Positions 35,503 through 52,003 of a DNA stretch of 64,000 bases are shown here, piece after piece. The position numbers and the translations under genes were made by a program. Numbering within the stretch: position 1 is the stretch's first letter; each line of letters begins with the position of its first letter. The stretch comes from Hormiphora californensis (lineage: Eukaryota > Animalia > Ctenophora): assembly GCA_020137815.1 (NCBI GenBank), contig CM035360.1, positions 7,068,001-7,132,000 of the forward strand, in the 5' to 3' direction. A model generated the notes under the pieces. That model worked only from the letters and a program-made list of their open reading frames with translations. It was not told where the DNA came from and did not search any database.

Positions 35503-38500
35503 AAAAAGAAGAAGTTGGAGTTCCTTCTAATATAAAATATAAATGTGGTTTGTTCAACACTAAATCCATTATTCAGTAAAGCAGTCCATGAATGGCTTAA
35601 TTCTTATACATAGGTTCAAAGAATATTTCAATCATGAAATCGTGTTATTTTATGCTACCCAAATGAATAGGGTAAGCTGGGGTAAAATGGCCCGCGGGGT
35701 AAAGTGGCCCATGTATGGGGCAAAGTGGCCCTAGTTATTACATGTCGTCACGTGACTTTTTCTCCAGCGGAGACCTGCTCGTTCTGTTCCGAATTTTCGC
35801 TTTAAAACTGCTGTCATTTCTGTTTGGGTTGGCCGATTTTAATTTTGCAAAAACTGCCAGTTAGGCTTTATAATTCTCTAAAACGTGGTATAAAAATTTT
35901 TGAAGAAATTGGCATTTTTGTTGTCTTAATTGTCGATTTTGTGAAATCGGGGCGAATATGGCCCACTCTCCGGGGCAAAGTGGTCCGGTCTGGGGCAAAG
36001 TGGTCCACCTCTAGGACCAATGAAATGGCGCCTGCAATACCACGTGACATTGGAATGCACAAAAATGTAGTACAGACGATCAAATTAGGGGCAAAGTGGC
36101 CCATGTTCCGGTGCAGAACATGGGCCACTTTGCCCCTAGTTTGATCGTTTCGTCTAACAACACCAGGCACGTGATAAAATCGAGCAATGCTATTGGCTTG
36201 GGCCACTTTGCCCCGGTGCAAATTTTCCAAAAAACGCCTCACCAAATTATTTGAATTGATTAATTAACCCATTAAATAAAACTTGTAGATTTTAAAATTT
36301 AGCTCGGCTGAAAGGAAAAGGTTTCATTGGATAGCCTATATAATTTTTTTCTTCCTGCTGTATAAATTGCGTATTTTAGAACCTAAAACGTTAAAAATGG
36401 GCCACTTTCGCCCCAGCTTACCCTAAAACTACTCCCCTCTCTCTATCCCCTAACTCTATCCCTCTATCCTAGGTCGCGACTCCCCTCAAAACGCTGTTAC
36501 CTAACGCCAGTCCAGAAGCCCTTCAATTGATAAAAGATTGTTTAGAGTGGAATCCAGCGAAACGTCCCACAGCTGCCCAGTGCCTCAAATATCCCTACTT
36601 CCAGGTACGTTAGTAGGATGATCCATTATCCGAGTCTTGAGCATTGCAAACAAACCATACTGGTTTAATAAACTCAAGACGAGCAGTGGTTTATAGATCG
36701 TATTTCAAAGTTTATCTTCCTTATTACGAGCTGTTTCTTACTTTCAGGTCGGTGCAGATATACCACGACCAACATCAAACTTCAGAGATCGATCCCTTCG
36801 GCGGAGAACCAGTGGTTTGCTGGGCAGTTTAAATAGGAGGGAAAGCTCCATCACTCTCGACAAATCAGGACCCGATGTAAGTAAATAAATCTTTCACCTG
36901 GGAATTTTCTTTTTGAGCGTGGGGGGAGCGTGGGAAATATTAAACAGGCCACGTTGATTCCTAATGAGTCGCCTAATTTGCTGCTTTGTTTGCAGTGCAG
37001 TAGAAAGAGGGCTAGGTCGTGATGGATTCATGCTTAGATCTGTGAGCGTGCAACTCTCTTGTCCCCGTGCTTGTGATTGATCAGAGTAGATGAGAGGGAC
37101 AGTGAGAAGAGAGAGGAGGGTTATTCGATTAATCAGGATGGAGGGACTAGACGGGGATCAGCACAGAGTGAGGAGAGGAGAAGATTGAGAGGAGAGAGAG
37201 AGAGAGGGAGAGAAGTGGAGAGAGAGGCAGGGAGAGGGGAGGAAGCAGGAGGGGAAAAGTGAAAACCAAAAGGGCCCAAGGGGGGCTAAGGAAGGGAAAA
37301 CGCGAAAAACCCAACAAGAGAGTAGACAAGAGAAGAGCGAGGAGGCGGAGAGAAAGGGAAAGGGGGGGGAGAGAGAGAGAGAGAGGATTCGAGGGAGGAG
37401 TAGAGGGAGATGGAGAGAGAGCGGAGAAAAGAGGAGAGAGGAGAGAGGAGAAGGGGGAGGAAAGAGGAGAAAGAGAGAGAGCGAGAGAAGAGGTAATATC
37501 TCGGTAAGCTCTCTCTAGATCTACCCTTCTTTTCATCTCTCTATCGGCTACGATCTCCTATATAGCTCTATCTCTCTCTCTCTATCTCTTCTCCTTCTCT
37601 GTCTAATCTCTATCTCCCCCTCTTTATCTCATCCTCCTCTCCTCCATCATACTCTATGATTGCGCAATACACATCAGTATGATCACGCATATGGTATACA
37701 AGATCTACTCCACTACTCGAGCTGAGAGGGTGGTAGGATTAGGTGAACACTGAACTCTAGTCACGTGAAAATAAATGGCTATAACGATTGTGAATGTGAT
37801 TAAGATGCAAAGAAAAGTGATTCCGTAGTACTGTTATTATGACATGCACTTTGTGTGTTAGCATGCGACACGAGTTCTAAATGGAAGAGCTGCGTAGAAG
37901 GTTGTTGAGAACCTTTGGAGGAGTTCCAGGTCCCTTAGTTACCATGACAACCAAGTGGTCACGTGACTTGTTACCAATGATTAGTGAGGGGAGCATTAGA
38001 GAATACATGCGGGAGATATAGCTGTAGGAGTGAGAGAAACATCTGTGATGTAAAAGAGGTATTGATGCATATATAATAATGGCTAAAAGAGTTGATAAAA
38101 TAGCTAACGACTTACATACAGTCATACAATATATGCAATCATTCCTATACTAACTGAATGGACCATTGTCATTACACACTGAGGCCACCTATGTGGCATC
38201 AGGCATGTATGCGTACATTGTGATACGAGGGTATTGCTCCAGGTCGGCCATTCTCTTAGTCATCCTTGATCTACCGAACCATCACAAAGCGTGGGGTGAG
38301 CCATGAACGCACACGGGGTGGGGATGTTAGATGTTCAGATGTGGGTGGGTGGTTGTTAGGCTTGTTCAGACTGCGGGTTCGTCACCCAGGGAATCTCAAA
38401 ACACAGTGGTTCACCAAGTTCGTAACTGTTTCGGAAGATCTCACACACAAAGTTCATCATTCACACATTCATTCATCATAGACTCATAAACACGATCATA

Positions 38501-41500
38501 TCCAAACTCAGCAACGGTCGATCACACGGACGAGACTCACACACGATGTTCAGTGCTGGGGGAAGGCAGAAGCCCCCCGATATCTCTCTTCACTTCTGCT
38601 TAAATATCCCGTCAACAAAACAGTCACGTGACTTCTGTACCAGAAACAACAGGGGTACTACCAAAGTTTGAGACACGCTTACCCGACTAGAACTGTTATC
38701 ACCTTTCAAGTCAAGACGGCGGCCTATTCAGACTCATAGATCTGAATATAACTTTCCCTAAAACTAAACTAAACTCTACTAGCAACTATCCCGAACTCAC
38801 TAGCTCTCTCTCTGTCTATCGATGCATTCCATATGTCTAACCGGACTCTCTCAACACGTTAAGTTCACACGCCCATAGCATTCACATGTCAATAAGCACC
38901 AGGTCATATCTATAACTAAACTAAGTATGGGACGGGGGAGTGGACTTGTAGGTACGGGGAACAATGAACATGGGTATCTCTCATATCCCACATTCACCCT
39001 CCTCTACAAGATGACAATAGAACTCTTACTCCGGGTGACAAAATGTAAACTAAATTAATCAACTATGAAACTAAACTAAATTCTACTCGATATTCTAATT
39101 ATAATCTACTCGATCTCGTCTATAGCGGTCTACCAGGGTTCGTCTGGGCGAAGTTCCTACGGCTGCAGTTTTCAAGTTCGGCCGAAACGTCACTGTTTGC
39201 ACAACCACTCAGCAGGAAACACCGGCTCAACCAGACAAATCTGAATCCCGACTATGATACCGCTCAAGCAGACCTACTCAAACTAACTAAATTCTAACTT
39301 TCATTGCTCACTCACTCATGACTCACTCACTCACTCACTCACTCACTCACTCACTCACTCACTCACTCACTCACTCACTCACTCACTCACTCACTCACTC
39401 ACTCACTCACTCACTCACTCACTCACTCACTCACTCACTCACTCACTCACTCACTCACTCACTCACTCACTCACTCACTCACTCACTCACTCACTCACTC
39501 ACTCACTCACTCACTCACTCACTCACTCACTCACTCACTCACGCACTCACTCACTCACTCACTCACTCACTCACTCACTCACTCGCTCGGACAATATTGA
39601 AATTAATTACGATCTCTATGAAAGGTACTCTAATTTACACAGAAAATTATCTAATGACGATTACTCTCACCGGTTGTACAACAGAGCCGTGAACTCTCGC
39701 ACAAACACACCGTCGGGCGTAAACTCGTGGTGCAGGTCGGAGACCGCGACATATGTTGCACAAATAACGGGGAGAATAAGACCAATACAACTAACAAGGA
39801 AAAGTGTAAGACTAAGATAAGGAAGCAGCTAAAAATTTTCTCGTCAGATCACGCCCTCATGACCGAGCACCCATTGGGCGCTCCCCTCTATCACTATGGG
39901 GTTGGGCCTTACAAGTATGTGGCAAGGAACGGGATGGGAGAATGATACAAACTGATTAAAATTTAAAACTCTAATTCTACTCTTACTCACTCTATGCCCA
40001 CGTAATGCAAGGAAAAGCGTGCCGACGCTTAATTCGTTACAAAACCACTTGGGCAGCTCTACTGGACTCTCCCGATCAATGAAAGAAACAAGCGTGCAGA
40101 CGCTTAAATTCCTAACAGTCACAACAACGAGTCTCAGCTATCATCAAACACAGATTTAAAACTGTACGTTTTCTAGTAATAAGGTGACAGCATCACCCTA
40201 TGCTAAATGATTCTCTTTCTGTACCTGACGTTGTGTTGTAAAACTGCACAAGAGAGAGACGTCAAAGAGTACATCCTAACTCAAAGAATCAAACAAACCC
40301 CAAACTCATTCGGACTAGAGTATTGAACTGATCATTTAAACATCGAATCAATATCTCAGAACCAAAATGAAGTCGGTTCAATGACTCTATAACTGCTTCT
40401 CTTATCCAGGGGTTGCTTCTCGGATACTCCTCTATCTCTACACTCTCTACACTATACACACTCTTATCTAATGATTTACTCACTCGTAGCTAAAACTGTA
40501 CTCACTCTTATCTAACACTGTACTCACTCTTATCTAACACTGAACTCACTCTTATCTAACACTGAACTCACTCTTATCTAAAACCCTAATCACTTCATAT
40601 CAATGCAGCTCAGCTCACGTTCACCGACAGTCTACTGACTCGTTCAAGTACAAGTCAACTATTGCACTATTCTCTACTCCCTACGAACCAAGATGTCATT
40701 GATCAGTTCCCAGTAAGCGGTTGGATTAGGCCCACTCTGGAATTCGTGTTTTGGTAATCAGCCTAAACAACGAGTGAACATCAAAACAACAATTATCTCT
40801 AAGGCAGGGGAATTGTACCAGGAGATAATTTCCCGCTTGGGTCCTCTGACGTCTCACGCCTACTCATACGAGTCTCATATGAAAAGTGCACAACACTTAT
40901 CACAATTAAACGCTTTATCACTTAACACATTATCACTTAAAACACTTCAAACTCTGAAACTCGGCATAAACATACTGTTCTGTCTAACTTTGACTGTTAT
41001 CTTAAGCTTGTCTGTCTTCTCTCTGTAATACAGATGTATTCCCTGAATCTTTCTGTATCTCTCTCTAAACAATCACAATACTAATTTCTTCACTCTCACT
41101 CATAAATCAAAAGGAAGCAACGGCGGTAGGAAATATCCTAAGCTCAAAACTAAACTAAACTAAACTAAGAAAACTAAATCAACTGAGCTCTACCATAAGA
41201 CAAGTCAGACGGCTAAGAAATGCAAAGACAGGCCTCTCAACTCAAACTCTGGGAACCTCAAAGAAACTCGGAACGCCACTACCACTACCATCTGAGGTTT
41301 TAAATGTTGTTTCTGGTACAATGAAAATAATCAGGGATAGGTACTCACACGGCACAGTTCTATCAGAGCAATTCTAACAGAGAACAACTCGTATGTAGAG
41401 AAAAACGGGGATCTCAACGGATTGATCTAGTGGTTTAGAGATTACTACTCGTTGTTCTCCGACAGACAAAAGTTCGTCATATTTAAACATGCCAGTCCAT

Positions 41501-43929
41501 AACCCATATCTAAAACTGAAATTTAAAAACCCACAAAATGATCTTGGACAGACTTACAGTTCGTTGTAACGGTCAGCTTAGCTTTGGTGAAGGTGCAGTT
41601 ATCCAAATCAGTAGTCACGTATTTCAACACAGCATCGCAGAACCACCAGATCCACATGAGCACGGGGACACGGGAACACAGGAACACGGAATCAAGGAAC
41701 CACAGGAACCGGGAACACAGGAACACGCCACACGGGATATCGTGATTCATGTCGACACGACTGTACATCGCGCAACCTCGATGCACAGTAGACCACCAAA
41801 CACGCTTTAGAACGCGCAAAGATCAACACGCGGCGCGGTTACACATTTTCAACACTTGTCTGTAAAAAAGCTTCGCGCGATTTCCCACGGTGCGTGGGAA
41901 AAGTGAGAGACGCATTTGGGCTAACGAAAGAGAAGAGTTGGCGCGCGATAGCATTGGGTTGCGGTCGCGACTCAGAAACAAGTAGACCCCTTTGGGGTAA
42001 GACCGTCCGCTACGCGGGAGGGGGGGGCCGTAAGCGGTCCTCACCGAGCAGCACCGGGCCTTCGGCCCGGTGGGAGAGGAGGTATTATAGAGACAAATGT
42101 ATCACTACTCACTCAGATGGAATTGAGTCCCCGCATGTACTACAGCTTACTAGATCGTGCCGACGACACTAGTTCAAGTACTATCTCGGGGCAAAGCAAT
42201 ACGATATCACACTAAGGTCGAGGAGGGACGATATTCCACAATCAGGATCTCACTATCACACCGTCAATGTCATAAACTCTGTCAACAGGGCCGTCAGGGC
42301 CTCTAGGTAGCGATCACGAGCACCAACTTTCATAACCAATCACACTCACAATGAAATCCCCGCATGTACAGCGTACTAGAATCGTGCCGACGACACTAGC
42401 TCAGGTACTATCTCGGGGGAATGGCAGTAGGATTACCAGAAGTCCGCCGGGGGTTCCAGTTGAACGCACACGGGGTGGGGATGTTAGATGTTCAGATGTG
42501 GGTGGGGGTTGTTAGGATGTTCAGACGGCGGGTTCGTCACCAGGGATGCGCCAATCCCTTAGATGTTTATAGCAATCCTGATTTCTATTGTAGGGGAAAT
42601 ACAGCGCCAGTTTCATATTTTGAACATTGAATTTGTCTTTGTTATGCTCTTTTTTCGTTGTAAAAGCATGAAACTTCTTCTGCTGTGAGTGTAGCATAAT
42701 TCATTGAAAGATCAAAATAACCCAATTAGTAGTTGGATAATATACTTTGTCCCAATTAGTCAATTATTTAATTGAATATTATAAAAGTTACAAATATGAT
42801 TTATATTACTAACTGTAAGTCATCAGGTGCCGTTGGGTCGGGGGTTGTAGGTTCCGGCAGGAGACGATGGAATGTCTCTATGAACGAGAGTCTCGACAAA
42901 GCCCTGGATGACCTAGAAGACTTGGACTTCGCTGAGAGTATAGTGAAAGCGAAACCAAAAGTGGTGGAGAAACCTGGTTTACAGGCAATTGCAAGGTTAG
43001 TTGTGTTAAAACCTGGTTAATAAGTTGTTTGTTAAATGTTGTGTAGCATTCTCTAATTACTGATAAAATTATATCGTCCATTAAATGTTCTTAAACGTGT
43101 TTGTCTGTTGGGTGTTGTTGTCAGTATGCTCTAATAATGTTGTGTTGAGTTTTGTTGTCAGTATGCTCTAATAATGTAATACCACGCACGCTGCTCCTCT
43201 CCTTACCGGCCCGGTTCGGTGAGGGCAGTCTTTTGTGAGACAATGTCTGTTTGGGTGTTGTTGTCAGTATGCTCTAAGATGGTGTAGATTCACAATCAGG
43301 ACAAACAACCCGAGTGCTATGAACGTGGCTACTGGAGGGGGATCACATTGGAGTGGGAATAAGGAGAAAACTGCAACGAAACCACTTGATGTAAGTAATG
43401 TTGTTGTTTTTTATTGTGCGAGTTAGGTTACTAGAGGTTACTATCACGCAGCAGACTTAGTCGTCCACCAAGAGTATTCCCAATCTCTACTACCCCTTCA
43501 CATAAGGAATTGCCGAGATATCTCTCCCAACTACTCACCCCCACTAATCACCCACTAATCACCCCCACTCCCTCATAGTACTACCGAAACCAGGCACGGT
43601 ACAGAGTGGGGCAATCAACCAACCTATCCAGCTCAGATCTCCCGCCACTAGCCAAGAAGCCCTCCGTGTCCTATTTCCCGATGTTTGGGGGCAGCAAATC
43701 CAAACCAACCGCCGCTCCACCGGTAAGCTATTACATGTCTGTGATGCATGTGTGTCAGTACTGTCTTCATCTATCTTTTTTATCTATCTTATCTAACTAT
43801 CTTTCTATCCCTTTCTATCTGACCCAACAGGTGGGGAATACGGGACCGGTAGCCTATCATGGAGCGCAATTCGGGCGAAGGGCGCTACCCGGCCGAACTG
43901 ATTGGACCTCAAAATATAATCGAAGTTAG
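33353..43929 (+). CDS. MAK: MAK/ICK(CILK1) RCK-family Ser/Thr kinase; exons 33353-33468, 33624-33809, 34017-34096, 34256-34512, 34726-34833, 36473-36604, 36748-36876, (probable R/E-rich exon ~37085-37503), ~42827-42995, ~43300-43390, ~43578-43722, 43831-43929
   Basis: [72 protein letters not shown] (TDY activation loop), and the C-terminal GRTDWTSKY motif of MAK/ICK. Middle exons are less certain. Confidence 0.93.
35670..36423. mobile_element. Tc1/pogo-type MITE with TA TSD in a MAK intron
   Basis: TA|GGGTAAGCTGGGG...CCCCAGCTTACCC|TA; repeated GGGGCAAAGTGGCCC subterminal motifs. Confidence 0.88.
38303..42553 (-). mobile_element. Non-coding LTR-retroelement-like insertion bounded by ~90-bp direct repeats, in a MAK intron
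   Basis: TGAACGCACACGGGGTGGGGATGTTAGATG...GGGTTCGTCACCCAGGGA at ~38303-38392 and ~42461-42547. Second repeat pair at ~42128 and ~42357. Strong strand bias; no convincing ORF. Confidence 0.45.
39307..39583. repeat. (ACTC)n tetranucleotide microsatellite
   Basis: Directly visible. Confidence 0.97.
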
Positions 43930-45089
43930 GGAGTCTCACAGTATTGGAGGAAATATATTAATAAGAGGATATCCACAACTATTGGACATTGAGTGAGGTG
44001 CATCAGACAGAAACTAAAGTGGTTTTATTGGACTGAGAGAGAGTGTTTTGTAAATAATGTTTTCATAGCTATACCTAGAGAAAGTGATTATCATTTATCG
44101 AGTGATAGAGAGAGAGAGAGAAACGGAGAGAGATTGGAGATAGTCCAGGTAGATCCAATAGGGTGGCCCTATTAGGGTCCCTAATTAGAAAGGTTTGTGG
44201 ACACTTGACAGGCTATTATCTGAGAAAGAAACACTGTAGAAATTTTATTCCTTGTGTCAGACAAGACCAAAGAGTAAGTTGCATTGTAACGGTCTCTCAA
44301 AGTTTGTAAAATATGCGTGTTTTTATTGTCCCTACTGAGTGACTGCTTCGATCCCATATCAACTGAAAATCGGTGAATGTCGGCCTGGTGCACTGACGAA
44401 ACGCGCGCCATGTGGTGAGAGAGACAGTTGTCAGCGCTGAGTGAAACGGAATATTGCGCGCAATAGTTTGCCTGTCTGTCCGAGTGGAAATGACTGGAGG
44501 AGAGGCTAGGAGAGGCATCTTCTTCTGATGTCATGCATGCTGGTTTGCTAAGCAACCAATAGACACATAAGCGTAGTTATGATGACGTTTCCTGATATAT
44601 ACTTGCATGCTGCAGAACTTGCAATATACTGCACAGTAACCAGTTACAAGGTCGGTGGTTAATAATATCACTCGCTCTCTGACTGTCTGGCGCCGCGACC
44701 CATCTGAGCGCACTGTCGCGCGCTCAGATTTGAGAATCAAATTGGGGTCTGGCGCCGCCAGACAGCTCTCTGATGCGGAAAAGAGAAAACAAAGTTATTT
44801 TGTTTATTAAAAAACGGATGATAATGTTTTAACTTATTTACAAATCCCTAAAATATAATATTAACTGAACTCCAAAACAAAATTTACCCAGATTTTAATC
44901 GATCAAATTGATCATACGGCATACCCATAACAATTTAAAATTTACTCTCAATTTCACAAATTATATTTATTGTTTATACGCATGCACCCCATTGAAAAAT
45001 AAGTTTATCGTCGCTGGTCATCAAAAATATATCCCCTTAATTACGTCAAAAAGTTCCCGATTATAAAATCCCAGGCTGAGGATCTATCA

Positions 45090-48223
<3,134 letters not shown>

Positions 48224-48560
48224 AACACGCTATATAAACAGGCTGGTTAGTCATTACACACAGTGAGGGTAGGTCTAACCAATATCAATAATATTAGGGG
48301 ACCTGATTTAGCAGGTCGTGTTAGTTACGAAATAACCTTCACGCGCTGGCAAGGGAGCCGGGAGGGGTTACTTCGTAACCAACAGGCTGTGTAGGTGAAG
48401 CAATATACAATCAAAAGGGAAAGCCGAAACCAAAACGTACTTAGCATAGTGAGGTGGTAATGTATAATAAGTAGGAAACAACGTGGGAGTGTTAGAGCAG
48501 AGAGGGAGACTGATAGAGATTAGAGGGATAAAGAGAGGGACAGGGGAGATAGAGAAAGAG

Positions 48561-48623
<63 letters not shown>

Positions 48624-48704
48624 AAATCATATGATATAGCCATATGGGAAACGGATGTTTGCCAGTTAAATAAAGTGTTTCATGTGTCAGCCGTCAGGCG
48701 GAGT

Positions 48705-48838
<134 letters not shown>

Positions 48839-50012
48839 CCGGAAGGAAGTGTGCTCACTGTTGGGAGTGAGAGTGTCACGACCAGATTTATCCAGATGTG
48901 TTGTTGTAAGCTGAGTTGTGCAGAAGCAACACCTCTAGGCTCTAGTGTGTATCTACTATCTCCAGTGTGTAATCCAACTGATTTTGCATATCCTATTTCA
49001 GTCGTATTTTGGAAGTTGCTTGTGTGATGACTGATGTGTATTGTACTTCAGCGACTATAGTTTACAACTTTTAACACAACACTGTACACACTGCATAACA
49101 CAACACTGTGTAGTAAGTACACAGTGTTGTGTTACAAGTTGTGTACACTGCATGCAATACCGGTCTCTTTGGAATGAGGCCATACTTAGTGAGCATAACT
49201 TTTGAACAGTGTGTACTGGTGTGTAATGTGCGTCTCTAATAATAATATATAGTTTTGCTTCCTCATTGTCTTGGTATGGTGCTTCTCCTATTATATTGCA
49301 ATTGTACTGCCTAATAGGGGGCGTTTACACACGGTGTAAGGACAATGTGAACCTCCCTTACAACTATGAAATACATAAGGGTGCGTGTATGTGTGTGATT
49401 ATCAGGTTATAGCGTCCCATAACTAAGTCTCCAGTCTCCTAATTGGTAATTAGTGGTTCTCCTTCTCATCACTAATAATTGCAACCTCTCATCTTTCACA
49501 CCATCACATTGTAATGTGAGCTTCAGCACTAAACGACACAACATTGCATCTGACAGAATTAAACAGAATTCTGTTAATTCTGTTTAATTCTGTCAGATGC
49601 CATATTGTGTCGTTTAGTGCTGCACTGTGTCTGACGTCTATTCTTACAGTAAACTTAGAGACTAGAGAGCGAGTGCAGGAAGGTTTTTGCTTCTCATCTT
49701 AATAGCGTAGGCGTTAGGCGTTCCACTAGACATCCAACACACGTACCCCTCTCTTCGACCGGATACTATTGTTTGCTTTTGGATTATCTCACTGGACAAG
49801 TGTTAGAATGTAAGCCTGCACTTCTCTTCAGTTACTGCCTAGTGCCCACTCCCTACTCTTGGGTTAAATCAAATACTCATACACAAAGTTCACGCGATAT
49901 CGGCCATCTGATACTTAGTTTTCGTGTCGGGATTTTGCTTATGCCTTTTTACATGTATATCATAACCCCTAAAGTCCGTGATTTGCCAACTCTAAAACCC
50001 CTAGCCAGAACA

Positions 50013-50703
50013 ATGCTGTTATCTCTACCTGATGAGCTACTACTAGCTATTGCCCGGAAACTCCCCGGAACCTCCCTTCACCAACTCTCCCAAACTTCAT
50101 CCCGCCTTTATCACCTCCTGACTGAGGAGGAAGAACTGTGGAGGAAGGCCTGCAAGAGAGACTACAAGCTGGTCCCCAGGAACTGTGCCCCCGCCAGACC
50201 GTTCTATGTTGGCATCCTCCAGCGATACCACAATCTTTTCATCAATAGATACAGGTATAGCATTAACATATCCGAAGCTACCAAGTACCAAGTATAACAA
50301 TGTTTCGTGGTATATTTGGAAGCTTCAGATATTTCTTTAACTCTCTTTTCAATAACTGTTGAGATATCATTCCAATCTTATTTCTCATCTTCCCCTCCAC
50401 TACTGCTGCAGGTTTGACAAGATGCAGGTAAAGGTGAAGCTAACCAGAAGTGGTGTAATTCTATCCGCCTGTAAAGCCCAAATGTTCTGTATTGGAGACG
50501 CCAACCCGGACAGGGTAGATTGGGTCCGGTACCCCTTGTTCAGCGTGGGCTGCTGGCGAGACGGGACAGTAAGGACGATCTGTAGACAGGAACACGGTAA
50601 GAGGAGGGATGAAAGCTGTAATGAACCAGCAACGGTAAAGGTAAATGGGAGGACTGTGGAGATTCAGTGCTGCAGAGGGAAGGTTGTACTAAGAAGGAAT
50701 TGA
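50013..50703 (+). CDS. F-box protein, FBXO31-like, short; exons 50013-50254 and 50412-50703
   Basis: N-terminal F-box LLSLPDELLLAIARKL..LHQLSQTSSRLYHLL..LWRKAC. Downstream Y..ILQRY and PLFSV..TICRQEHG resemble the FBXO31 N-terminal half (recalled similarity). Confidence 0.75.
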
Positions 50704-52003
50704 TATTGAAGACTGGACAATGATAATTTCTTCAGACTTTCCATTCACCAGTACAGATCTAATTGACTTGTCACGTGCTGTGATAGACTGTGGGTCGGAA
50801 CTGTGAAATTTGAGCATGTAATGGCCCTAAAATATTTTGTTACGCGTTTGTACTTTATGTGTGTTGTGTATTATGGCCGGGTTGGTTTACAATGTGAGTC
50901 GAATTCCTAATGTTGATGTAAATACAAATATTGTTTTGAAACATTATAATATTAAGCAAAGATTCAAACATAACATAGCGATCTTAAATTTGTTAAAACA
51001 ATAAATTATATTAAAAATCAGCAAACATAAAACTTAAAAAAACTCACACACAGAATGATAACAGCGAAACAAAACATTTTCAATAATCCAGTTCTGGATA
51101 AAAATCTGATTAAAAACACAAAACCCCTAAAAACATTTCTAGGGCACGTTTTCATAAATTGGTTCTAACGTTGGCACGGCAGTGTACTTTCCATTTGTTT
51201 GAAGAGGTATCATCTCACCCAACAATATCCCGGGGGGACTGGACTACGTTTCGTTTCAGCCACGTTGGGGAGCCATAACCCCCGCGGGTCCGGAAGGAGT
51301 AACAGAGAAATAGGACAAGTAAACCAACTGTAATTGGGGTGGGGAATTTATAGTGAGATCAACATTAAAATATGGTACAGTTTTCTGTACGTTTTTATAA
51401 TCACCAGTCAGAGAAATAGTAATCTACAATTTGAACTTACAAGCAAGGCCAAAGACAAGAATAAGGGCCGTCATATTATCCTGTCCACAACAGACAAACT
51501 CAAACCGACTGCCTCCACTGTGTGTCACCTAGGGGGAGGGGATGTCACCTAGGATGTCACCTATAGGTGCTACGGGGAGGGGCAATTACCGATTCCTAAA
51601 AAGTCACAAATCAATAATAATCATCAGAAGGGGTATGAAAGTGTGTTTTATGATAGTAAAAGCTGTGGGGGGGGGGTTGTGAGCTAGGGATATCCGAGAC
51701 CTGTGTTCCTACCTTGCAGCAGTCAACATCACAGGAGATAGTTCCTTCCCTGTCTACACACCTTATCATGGTGGTGCTAATAATATTAGAGAGGGTTTAA
51801 GAGTAGTATGTCATTGATCAATATTAGGTGGGGTTTAGTAGGAGATTATAATGGACGAAGGGAAATTTACTGATTATATAACGCATGAATATAATATTAT
51901 ACTCATTCCACATTACGCCTTCATCATATATCGCTCTCTCTCCCTATTACACTCAAAACTCATGATAGAAAATAATTTACAGTGTCCATGTCCACGATGC
52001 ACT

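Noticed and set aside
39318-39692. THSL-repeat ORF
   Set aside because: (ACTC)n microsatellite.
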